From contig CAVVFC010000004.1 of the NCBI GenBank assembly GCA_963747465.1, positions 1,799-65,798 on the forward strand: a stretch of DNA of 64,000 bases, in the 5' to 3' direction. The notes under the pieces were generated by a model that saw only the letters and a list, made by a program, of their open reading frames with translations, did not search any database and had not been told where the DNA came from. This document shows positions 19,635 through 27,268 of the stretch, one piece after another. A program made the translations under genes and the position numbers. This stretch comes from an uncultured Alphaproteobacteria bacterium. Lineage in GTDB: Bacteria > Pseudomonadota > Alphaproteobacteria > Rhizobiales > Rhizobiaceae. Position 1 is the first letter of the stretch. Every line of letters begins with the position of its first letter.

Positions 19635-20696
19635 ATGCAGATGAGTATCGGTGGCGCAGTGCGGTCCTTCGACGACTGGCTCGAAGGTCCCGCTTCGCTG
19701 ATCAGCGACAGTTTCAGTGCGAAGCGACGCGGAAGACAGACGCGGGTCGACATCGCTTCGGACGGTGCGTCGCTTGCCTTGCAGACCGGCAGGCGAGGCA
19801 AGAACGAGCTCGTTCTGCCCGTCGGTGAGGTTCCCGAAAGCACCTCGTTCGCGGCCGCGGTCAAGGGCCGCAACCTCGTTCTGGTCGTCCCGGAGGCGTG
19901 GCTCATCCGGCGGAGGATTGAGTTGCCGCTGGAAGCGGCGGATCACCTCGACGGCATCATTGCCTCGCGGATGAGTTCGCTGTCGCCCTTGCCTGCCAGC
20001 GAGACCTATTCGGGCCACCGCATCGCAGAGGTCGACCGGGCTGCAAAGCGCCTGGTCGTCTCCGTCGCGATCGTGGCGAAGTCGCGCCTGTCTCGCTTTT
20101 TCGAACTGTTCGAACACGCGCAACCCCGCGCGATCATCGTGGAGACGCCGGTTTCCGGTTCTGGCGGGGTCGTCCAGCTCACCGGGCGTGCCGGCGTCGC
20201 CAAGGCGCGGCAGGCCGTCAAGCGGGCGCTGGCGGCCCTTCTCATCGTTGCGGTGCTCGCCGCGTCGGGCGCGGTCGCGTGGAAAAACCTCGCTGCCACG
20301 CAGTTTGAGGAAAGGCGGGCAGATCTCGAACTGCGCCTCGAAAAGGCACGCCGCGCCCTTTCCGAGGCAGCCGCTCCCGCGATCGCCGCGACCGCACCCG
20401 AGCAGGCTGCGCTCGACATCAAGAACGGCGCCGTCAGCGTCGTCGGAGCTCTGGAGGACCTTGCCGCTACGCTTCCGCTTCATGCCTATGCAACGGAGAT
20501 CGTGGTCATAGATGGCAATCTGAGGCTGACGGGGAAGACGAACAACGTTCCGGACGTGCTGACCGCACTCGAATCGTCTGGGCGCTTCGCGGGCAGCCGA
20601 CTGGTCGGGCCCGCTACACGCTCGGAGGACGGCAATACGTCGGATTTCGTGCTCGAGACCCGGCCCTTGATCCGGACGGGAGGAGGGCTGCATTGA
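19635..20696 (+). CDS. gspL: Type II secretion protein GspL (PilN-domain)
   Basis: RRIELPLEAADHL cytoplasmic domain, single TM, C-terminal PilN-like LEDLAATLP...LTALESSGRF. Confidence 0.8.
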   Translation: MQMSIGGAVRSFDDWLEGPASLISDSFSAKRRGRQTRVDIASDGASLALQTGRRGKNELVLPVGEVPESTSFAAAVKGRNLVLVVPEAWLIRRRIELPLEAADHLDGIIASRMSSLSPLPASETYSGHRIAEVDRAAKRLVVSVAIVAKSRLSRFFELFEHAQPRAIIVETPVSGSGGVVQLTGRAGVAKARQAVKRALAALLIVAVLAASGAVAWKNLAATQFEERRADLELRLEKARRALSEAAAPAIAATAPEQAALDIKNGAVSVVGALEDLAATLPLHAYATEIVVIDGNLRLTGKTNNVPDVLTALESSGRFAGSRLVGPATRSEDGNTSDFVLETRPLIRTGGGLH

Positions 20697-21304
20697 GCCG
20701 CTTCTTCAAACTGTTCTTCGACGGGCGCGCAGCTACGCTGCTCGTCATCGTGCTCCTCGCGCTCGGCGCCGGTGTCGTGGCGGCGGATTCATGGCTCTCG
20801 ACGCGCGCCGGGCAGGAGTCCCTCGCGATCCTCCAAGATCGTGTGGAGCAGATGGAAGCCCGTGCCGCAACGCTGGCCGGCAAGAACGCCGAGGAAGACG
20901 GGACAGGGCTGGTCGACGTGCGCCTTCTCATGACCGGGCGAACCCAGGGCCTCGCCTCCGCCGAGTTCCAGCGGGAGATCGCTGACCTGGCGGTGGGTTC
21001 CGGCGCGGTGGTCCGGGCGGTCGATACTCCGCAGGCCCAGGTCGTGGAGGACGTCAAGGACGAATCCGGCAAGCCGCTGGTGCGGGTCCGGCTCAATGCG
21101 GACGTCGAGGTGATGGAGCAATCGCTTCCGCAACTGCTGCATGCCATCGAGGTCTCGCTTCCGGTCATCGTTGTGGATTCCCTCACGCTCAGACCCAACC
21201 GCCGCATCGGAGATCTCACCGGTGACAGCGGCACTTCCGCGGACGACCGGCCACTGTCGCTGAACATGACGTTGTCCGCCTTCCGGATCGGGGAGCCCGA
21301 CTGA
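20693..21304 (+). CDS. gspM: Type II secretion protein GspM
   Basis: N-terminal TM, coiled coil, ASAEFQREI..., LLHAIEVSLPVIVVDSLTLR; position after gspL. Confidence 0.78.
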   Translation: MSRFFKLFFDGRAATLLVIVLLALGAGVVAADSWLSTRAGQESLAILQDRVEQMEARAATLAGKNAEEDGTGLVDVRLLMTGRTQGLASAEFQREIADLAVGSGAVVRAVDTPQAQVVEDVKDESGKPLVRVRLNADVEVMEQSLPQLLHAIEVSLPVIVVDSLTLRPNRRIGDLTGDSGTSADDRPLSLNMTLSAFRIGEPD

Positions 21305-21783
21305 TGCGCCGGATGTCAAGATCAGGATCGGGCCTGGCGCTCCTGTGCGTGCTGTCGCTGTGCGGGCCCGTGCTGGCTCAGCTTTCGGAACTGCCGGTGA
21401 GCGCGCGTTCGGCCGAGGACTACATGGCGCTTCGGGAGCGGCCGCTGTTCTCTCCCGAACGCGAGGCGCCGAAGGTGATCGTCGCCGTCCCGGCGGAGCC
21501 GACACTCCCCGCGGTCCTGCCGGAGCCGGAGCCGGAAACCGAGGCGGTAGTGGAGCAGGAGGTCGAAGTCGCAGCGGAAGCTCCGGACTGGCAGCTCGTC
21601 GGTCTCGTGCGGTCCAGCAGCATCGTCAGCGCGACGTTCCGTTCTCCGAACCTTTCGAACGCCTTCAGCCTGCGCAAGGGCGAGAGCCGGGACGGCTGGA
21701 CGCTCGCCGACGTAAGGAGCACGGAAGTGGTGCTTCACGCAGAAGGCGTCGAGGCACTGATCCGCTTCCCCACCTTGCAGTGA
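21304..21783 (+). CDS. Type II secretion accessory protein (GspN/GspC-like)
   Basis: Hydrophobic N-terminus, RPLFSPER motif, Pro/Glu linker, WQLVGLV..LRKGESRDGWTL (HR-domain-like). Confidence 0.6.
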   Translation: MRRMSRSGSGLALLCVLSLCGPVLAQLSELPVSARSAEDYMALRERPLFSPEREAPKVIVAVPAEPTLPAVLPEPEPETEAVVEQEVEVAAEAPDWQLVGLVRSSSIVSATFRSPNLSNAFSLRKGESRDGWTLADVRSTEVVLHAEGVEALIRFPTLQ

Positions 21784-21825
21784 CGGGCGCCGACACGACA
21801 AGGACGCCGGTTCAGACAGGCTCCA

Positions 21826-21844
21826 GGCGGGGGTGATGCCCGCC
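21826..21844. terminator. Hairpin between convergent genes
   Basis: GGCGGG-N7-CCCGCC between the stops at 21783 and 21850. Confidence 0.4.
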
Positions 21845-21849
21845 CGGCT

Positions 21850-22599
21850 TCAGGTTGGCCGATCCGCTCCGTCGACCTGCAGCGTCACGCCCGGCAACCG
21901 GCGCAGACGCTCGATTCCCTGCTCGTCAACGTTTAGAACGATGGCAGGCGTGTAGTTGAAGGTCTGCGCGATATCGTGCGGCAGCCCCTGGAGAGCACCC
22001 AGGATGCGGCGAATTTCGCTCTCGCGGTCGGCCGAGGGGCTGAACTGAACGATGATGCGTTGCATGGCAGAGGGTTGCGCCTGACGCCGTGGATGAGGGG
22101 AGGGACCAGGAAACCTGGGAGGAGGAGGAGGTGCTTCTTCCACGTGCCTTCGCTTCTTCGGCTCCGGTCCTCCGTCGAGCGCCACAATGCGCCTGATCGT
22201 AGGCACCCTGTCGAGCAGATGCATGTCGGAGGGTTTGACGGCAACAACGAGGATGCGCAAATCGCGCTCGGCGACGCTGATCTCGTAGGGAACCGATCTC
22301 AGAACCCGGCGAATTTTCGAAAGCGATGCGGAGAACGAGGCCCCCGGCGCTAGGATGATGCGGAAAGACCGCAAGGGCGTCACCCGGTTCATATGCGGAA
22401 GAGGTTCGTCGCCGCCGGCGGCCTCCACCACGTTCCGCTGCGCGGCATGAAGCGGGCCGGCAGTGGCGGTCGCCAGAAACAGGGCCGTCAGGAGGGAAAC
22501 CGCGGCGCCACGAGGCGATGTCATCTGCTTCGGTCGGTCTGCCGGGAGCGATGCCGGTGAAGCGGCAGCTTCTTTCCGATGAATGCCAGACGCCGTCAT
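21850..22599 (-). CDS. Secreted hypothetical protein with two subtilase-propeptide (inhibitor I9)-like domains
   Basis: GAGGAG RBS before the ATG at 22599; signal-like AAVSLLTALFLATATAGPLHA; two ~70-aa domains split by a poly-Pro linker; C-domain IIVQF...TFNYTPAIVLNVDEQGIERLRRLPGV resembles the I9 pattern. Confidence 0.55.
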   Translation of the reverse strand: MTASGIHRKEAAASPASLPADRPKQMTSPRGAAVSLLTALFLATATAGPLHAAQRNVVEAAGGDEPLPHMNRVTPLRSFRIILAPGASFSASLSKIRRVLRSVPYEISVAERDLRILVVAVKPSDMHLLDRVPTIRRIVALDGGPEPKKRRHVEEAPPPPPRFPGPSPHPRRQAQPSAMQRIIVQFSPSADRESEIRRILGALQGLPHDIAQTFNYTPAIVLNVDEQGIERLRRLPGVTLQVDGADRPT

Positions 22600-22990
22600 T
22601 CCTTGCTCCTCTCTATGGCCGGGCATGCCGATCAGGTGCGGCAGGGGCGGCCAGTTCTCTCCATTTCAGGATCAGATAGTGTCACTTCGCGGCTGAACCT
22701 TCGATGAACGCACATGCAGGCCGACCGAGGATGGGGCGCAAACAGCCCTGGGTCCAACCTGTGCCGATCTACTGTCACAACTACCGCCACGGAAAGAACG
22801 CTTTTTGATGGCACGAAGAAAAGTCTGCTGGCGTGGCGCGAGTTGCGGGATAGAATTCTGTAGGATAGTAGTACGCGCGGGGCGTTCGATGTTACCTTGG
22901 TTGGGGTGGCAACCAGGCTGATCCTTGAGGATGTTGCACTTTTCGGCGGCACGGATCGGCGCGGGTGGAGTGAGCGGAAGTCGGTTCGCA

Positions 22991-24193
22991 ATGACTGCAT
23001 TTGCGTACAAAGCGCTCAATGCAAGCGGAAGTCTGGAGCAGGGCCGTATCGAGGCAGGCGATGCCGACGACGCGGCGCAGTTGCTGGACCGACGCGGGCT
23101 CATTCCAGTCAGCGTGGAAGAACAGCGCGGCCGCGAAAAGGCGGCGAGCGCCTCGGGGGCCCGTGTGGCGCCCGCCCAGATCACGCGCCTGCTCTCAGAC
23201 CTTTCGATCATGCTGAACGCGGGGATCCGGATCGACGAGGCATTGTCGATCATGGGTCGGGAGTTCGACAACGGAAGGCTGAAGCCCGTCGTGACGGGAC
23301 TTCAGGCGGCTCTGGCGAGCGGGCGGTCCTTCTCACAGGCCATGCAGGACTGGCCGCAGCTGTTTCCGCCATTCCAGATCGCAATGGTGAAGGTCGCCGA
23401 ATCCACCGGCATGCTTCCTAGCCTGCTGGAACGTACGGCCGAGGAACGGCAGCGGTTCGAAGCGCTTGCGGGCCGCGTTTCGGAAGCCTTGCGGTATCCT
23501 GCCGTCCTGATGCTCGGTACGATCGCCGTGCTCGTCTTCTTCATGATCGGCGTCCTGCCCCAGTTCGAGCCGATGCTGGCGCAGACCCGTAAGCCCGACG
23601 CCTTCCTCGACACGATGCTCGGGATTTCCCGTTTCATCCGGGCGGAAGGACCGTGGATCATGGCGGGCGTGGCGGTGGTGCTTCTGCTGCTTCTGATCGC
23701 CGCCCGCCGCGGAACCCTTCGCTCCGGGCTATGGAGCATCGGCGAAAGGCTCCCGGTCCTCTCGGACATCGCGCACAGCTACCGGACGACTCGGTTCACG
23801 CGCCTCCTCGGGATGATGAGCGAGACCGGTGTCGCCGCCCCGGTGGCTATCAAGCTGATAAGCGAGACGGTCGATCACGGCGATGCCGCACGCGAGCGGG
23901 CGCAGAGAGCCTCCGATGCCGTGCGGCAGGGTCAGAGGCTGAGCCATGCGATGGAAATCCTCGATCTGCCGCCGCTTGCCATGCGCATGCTTCGGATCGG
24001 CGAACAGAGCGGCGAAATGGCGACGCTGGCTTACAAGGTGGCCGATTTCTACGAGGCTCGTCTCGAGAGGTCGCTTTCGCGCGCGGTGGGGTTCGTCGGC
24101 CCGGCGGCGGTGGCGACAATCAGCGTATTGATCGGCGGCATGATCGTGTCGATCATGTCGACGCTCATGTCCTTCAACGATCTGGTTCGATAG
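22991..24193 (+). CDS. gspF: Type II secretion inner-membrane platform protein GspF
   Basis: FAYKALNASG, LSIMLNAG, VAESTG.L, ALRYPA and IGEQSGEM motifs; three TMs. Confidence 0.93.
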   Translation: MTAFAYKALNASGSLEQGRIEAGDADDAAQLLDRRGLIPVSVEEQRGREKAASASGARVAPAQITRLLSDLSIMLNAGIRIDEALSIMGREFDNGRLKPVVTGLQAALASGRSFSQAMQDWPQLFPPFQIAMVKVAESTGMLPSLLERTAEERQRFEALAGRVSEALRYPAVLMLGTIAVLVFFMIGVLPQFEPMLAQTRKPDAFLDTMLGISRFIRAEGPWIMAGVAVVLLLLLIAARRGTLRSGLWSIGERLPVLSDIAHSYRTTRFTRLLGMMSETGVAAPVAIKLISETVDHGDAARERAQRASDAVRQGQRLSHAMEILDLPPLAMRMLRIGEQSGEMATLAYKVADFYEARLERSLSRAVGFVGPAAVATISVLIGGMIVSIMSTLMSFNDLVR

Positions 24194-24206
24194 TGGAGCT
24201 GGGAGC

Positions 24207-24645
24207 ATGCTTGCAAAGTTCATGAACATCCATCGGAATCCGTCCAGGCTGTCCAAGCGGCGCAGGCGGCGCGCGGGTTTCACTCTCATCGAGATGCTGG
24301 TGGTGCTGGCGATCATCGGCCTGATCTCGGCGCTCGTCGGTCCGAGGGTCCTGGCGCAGCTGGCCAATTCGCGCGAGCGCGCCGCGAAGCTGCAGATCGA
24401 GGATTCTCCATCGCGATGGACATCTTCTACATCGACGTCGGCCGCTACCCCGCCAATCCGAGGGGCTCACTGCCCTGGTCAGCCGGCCTTCCAGTCTGCA
24501 GACGTGGAACGGCCCGTACATCCGCGGCGATCGCGTGCCACTCGATCCGTGGGGGCGCGAATACGTCTATTCGACCAATGGTCAGAGTTTCCAGATCGTG
24601 ACGACCGGGGCTGATGGCACCGGCGCGGGCTCCCTGGTGCGCTGA
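24207..24645 (+). CDS. gspG: Major pseudopilin GspG; two -1 frameshifts near 24402 and 24455 (error or pseudogene)
   Basis: AG|FTLIEMLVVLAIIGL, then MDIFYIDVGRYP in a second frame and EGLTALV..WNGPYI..VPLDPWGREYVY..GADG in a third. Adding two bases gives ~146 aa. Confidence 0.88.
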
Positions 24646-24646
24646 C

Positions 24647-25105
24647 ATGCAGATGCGCGGCAAATCGGCCACACGCGGTGTCGTGCTGCTCGACATCGTG
24701 CTGGCGATTGCCGTGATGGCGCTGGCGGCGCTGGTGCTCATGCCGCGACCGCGCACCGGCATATCGGCCGCCGATCTGGAAGCGGAAGCGGTGAAAGTGG
24801 CGGCCTCCTTCCGAGAGGGGCGTTCCCTCGCGATCAGGAAGCGCGGACCTGTCGACATCGTGGTCGATGCGGACCGCGGCCGCATCGAGGTGCTCGCGGA
24901 CCGAAGCCCGATCGAGGTCCGCAATGGCATAGGACTTCGTTGGGTGACGTCGAACGTTTGTCCGCTGATCAAGGGCGTGAGGGCGCTGCGGTATCTGGCC
25001 GACGGACGATCGTGCGGCGGCGTCCTGACGTTGTCCGGGGGCGGCCGTTCGGTCGAGTTGCGGGTGGACTGGCTTACCGGCCGGGTCGAGATGGCACCGT
25101 CATGA
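24647..25105 (+). CDS. gspH: Minor pseudopilin GspH
   Basis: RG|VVLLDIVLAIAVM class III-like signal, YLADGRSCGG and VDWLTGRV motifs. Confidence 0.8.
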   Translation: MQMRGKSATRGVVLLDIVLAIAVMALAALVLMPRPRTGISAADLEAEAVKVAASFREGRSLAIRKRGPVDIVVDADRGRIEVLADRSPIEVRNGIGLRWVTSNVCPLIKGVRALRYLADGRSCGGVLTLSGGGRSVELRVDWLTGRVEMAPS

Positions 25106-25479
25106 TGCGCCGGCGCAAGCGCGGCTTCATGCTGATCGAAGTGCTCGCCGCCTTCGTGATCGCCCTGCTCATGATCGGACCCGTCGCCGCCATCATAGGC
25201 GGGGTCGCCGGCTCGTTCGGAGGTCTCGACCGCTCCGCGCAACGGCGGCTGGACCAGCAGGCCGCGGCCGCGGTCGCGATGGCCATCGATCCGCTGCGTT
25301 CGGGCACCCGCACAGTCGGGACCTATACGCTCGACATCACGCCCTACGAATGGGACGGCGACAAGGAGCTCGAAACCGCGGGATGGCAGCTGTACCGCGT
25401 CTCGGTCCAGCATACCGGCGAGCGCGCCAATTCGAAGATTCCGCCGCTGTTCGAAACCGTCCGCATCGCACGGCCATGA
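25102..25479 (+). CDS. gspI: Minor pseudopilin GspI
   Basis: RG|FMLIEVLAAFVIA prepilin motif; ~125 aa; position in cluster. Confidence 0.82.
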   Translation: MMRRRKRGFMLIEVLAAFVIALLMIGPVAAIIGGVAGSFGGLDRSAQRRLDQQAAAAVAMAIDPLRSGTRTVGTYTLDITPYEWDGDKELETAGWQLYRVSVQHTGERANSKIPPLFETVRIARP

Positions 25480-26141
25480 AGCGCCGGAACAGGAATGGGC
25501 GCCGCGGCTTCTCCTTGCTCGAGGCCCTGCTGGCCCTGCTCCTCGCCAGCATCCTGTTTGCCGGAATATCGCTTTACACCGGCAGTTGGCTGAAGCGCTG
25601 GCAGGAACTCATCGGAGCTGGAAGCCATCTCGATACCGTGGCCATCGTTATTGACCGGCTCGTCGAGGATCTCGAGGCCGCGCAACCCTTGCCCGAAACC
25701 GAAGACGCCGAAGAGGACGATCCGATTTTCTTCGAAGGCGATGCCGAAACGGTCACTTTCCTGCGCCCCGCGCTCGGCTTCAATGCACGCGCGGGTATCG
25801 ACCGCATCACCTATCTGCGGACGAACCTGAACGGCAGCGCCGCTATCGTGAGATCGCGTCGCGACTATGGTGACGAACGCTCCGCCGGGGAGGACCTTCC
25901 GCTCATCCGGGGACGGATCGCGCTGTCCTTCAGCTATACCGACGACGAGGGTGAGACGTCCTCCGAATGGCACGACCGAACTACATTGCCGAAGGTCATA
26001 AACGTCGAGATTTCCGGCTCTGAGCCAAGGCCGTGGAGAGAGATCGCGGTTGCCCACCTGCGTGTGGAGATGCCGGCCAATTGCGGCACCGCCGAAGCAT
26101 TCCCCAACTGCAAGGAACACTTCCGGGCGGCTCGTCAATGA
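25476..26141 (+). CDS. gspJ: Minor pseudopilin GspJ
   Basis: RG|FSLLEALLALLL, RLVEDLEAA, FEGD and W...TLPKVI motifs. Confidence 0.85.
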   Translation: MKRRNRNGRRGFSLLEALLALLLASILFAGISLYTGSWLKRWQELIGAGSHLDTVAIVIDRLVEDLEAAQPLPETEDAEEDDPIFFEGDAETVTFLRPALGFNARAGIDRITYLRTNLNGSAAIVRSRRDYGDERSAGEDLPLIRGRIALSFSYTDDEGETSSEWHDRTTLPKVINVEISGSEPRPWREIAVAHLRVEMPANCGTAEAFPNCKEHFRAARQ

Positions 26142-26151
26142 GGCCGGCGCC

Positions 26152-26964
26152 TTATCTGTCCGATATCTGGTAGGGATTGGCGGCGAAACGCGCGTAATGG
26201 CCGAACAGGCTGGACATCGTCTCCAGCGCCAGTCCATCGGCGAAGATGCGCAGATCCCTGGAGGTCCGGACGGTTCCGTTTCCTCCACGACGAGCCGCGG
26301 AGGCCCTTCCACCGGCAGGCCGTCGATTTCCTCTTCGGGGTCGCGGGGCATTGCCTCGATCGACAGGTTCTCCTCTACGGGGAGACCGTCGATTTCGCCT
26401 TCGCACGCGATGGATCTGCGAACGATCACTTCCTCGGTCTCGACGGGGAGGCCATCGATCTCATCTTCGGGAACCCGCGGTGTCGCCTCGATCGGCAGGT
26501 TCTCCTCTACGGGTAGACCGTCGATTTCTCCTTCGCACGCGATGGATCTGCGAACGATGACTTCCTCGGTCTCGACGGGGAGACCCGTCGATCTCCGCTC
26601 GGGGACCTGCGGCATCGCCTTGATCGGCCGGTTCTCTTCCACGGGAAGGCCGTCCGTTTCTTCCTCGCACGCGATGGACTTGGGAGGTGGCGGAATCTTC
26701 CGCCTCGACGGTAAGGTCATCGATCTCGTGAGGCGACCTGATCACGACCGTTGCCGACAGACGGACCGTTGCGGAATTCCCCGACGATGCGTTTTCGATG
26801 ACGGGATTGCCATCCGGGTCAAGTTTCGTGGTGCCAAGGCTGCCCTGCCGGGACCGCGAATCCATCACGTTCGAAAAACCATCTGAGTCGGCTGCAACCC
26901 TCTGCTGAGGGAACAACGTGTTTCCTGCGACTTTCGGCTGGGATACTCCCGCGGTGATGGTCAT
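26152..26964 (-). CDS. Acidic repeat-containing hypothetical protein (~270 aa after correcting four single-base indels)
   Basis: AGGAGG RBS just upstream of the ATG at 26964. N-terminus in one frame, (E)IDGLPVE repeats in a second, and C-terminus DLRIFADGL...AANPYQISDR* back in the first; three of the four junctions fall in G/C homopolymers. Confidence 0.6.
26307..26727 (-). repeat. Tandem repeat: 66-bp monomers in alternating A/B order (132-bp higher-order unit), 7 core motifs
   Basis: Core motif starts at 26307, 26373, 26439, 26505, 26571, 26637 and 26704 on the + strand; TCGCACGCGATGGA recurs at 26401, 26533 and 26665. Confidence 0.92.
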
Positions 26965-27268
26965 CAGTGCCTCCTGAGCCCGATTCGGTGAGGTGAGAAT
27001 ACATCAGAAAGTAAATTCATTCAATTTGCCCAAAGCAGCGCCCGCAAGCCTCGCGCAAGCTTCGATAATCAACAGATTATATTTCTCTCTCTCATGATTT
27101 GCTGCAGTTCACATCCAGTACAACGAGATTGTATGTTTGGCAGAGGGAGTCCGGATTACGCAGGGTCAACATACCCCGCAGCCGAGCGCCGAGAGACTTC
27201 TTGCAAGTTCCTGCGCGCTGATCCATAAGCCGCCGCCCGGCTTCCGCCGGGCATTCGGGCCCCAACTC

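Noticed and set aside
19594-19644. Short ORF MKGMPHMKEAAALGCR between gspK and gspL
   Set aside because: Only 16 codons with no supporting feature; it may simply reflect the gspL RBS region or another indel at the gspL start.
22800-22850. TGGCAC/TTGC elements upstream of gspF as a sigma-54 promoter
   Set aside because: The GG-to-GC spacing is not 10 nt in any register.
25344-26720. 458-aa minus-strand ORF overlapping gspJ
   Set aside because: Only the repeat part looks coding; the remainder is antisense to gspJ and arises from the frameshift at ~26257.
26307-26727. Regularly spaced repeats as a possible CRISPR array
   Set aside because: The spacers are themselves repeated (A/B alternation), the period is a multiple of 3 with synonymous variation, and no cas genes are present. 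It is a coding tandem repeat.
27100-27200. Intact tRNA gene at the island border
   Set aside because: Only a degenerate 3'-end-like 20-mer is present; no cloverleaf or TTCGA T-loop.
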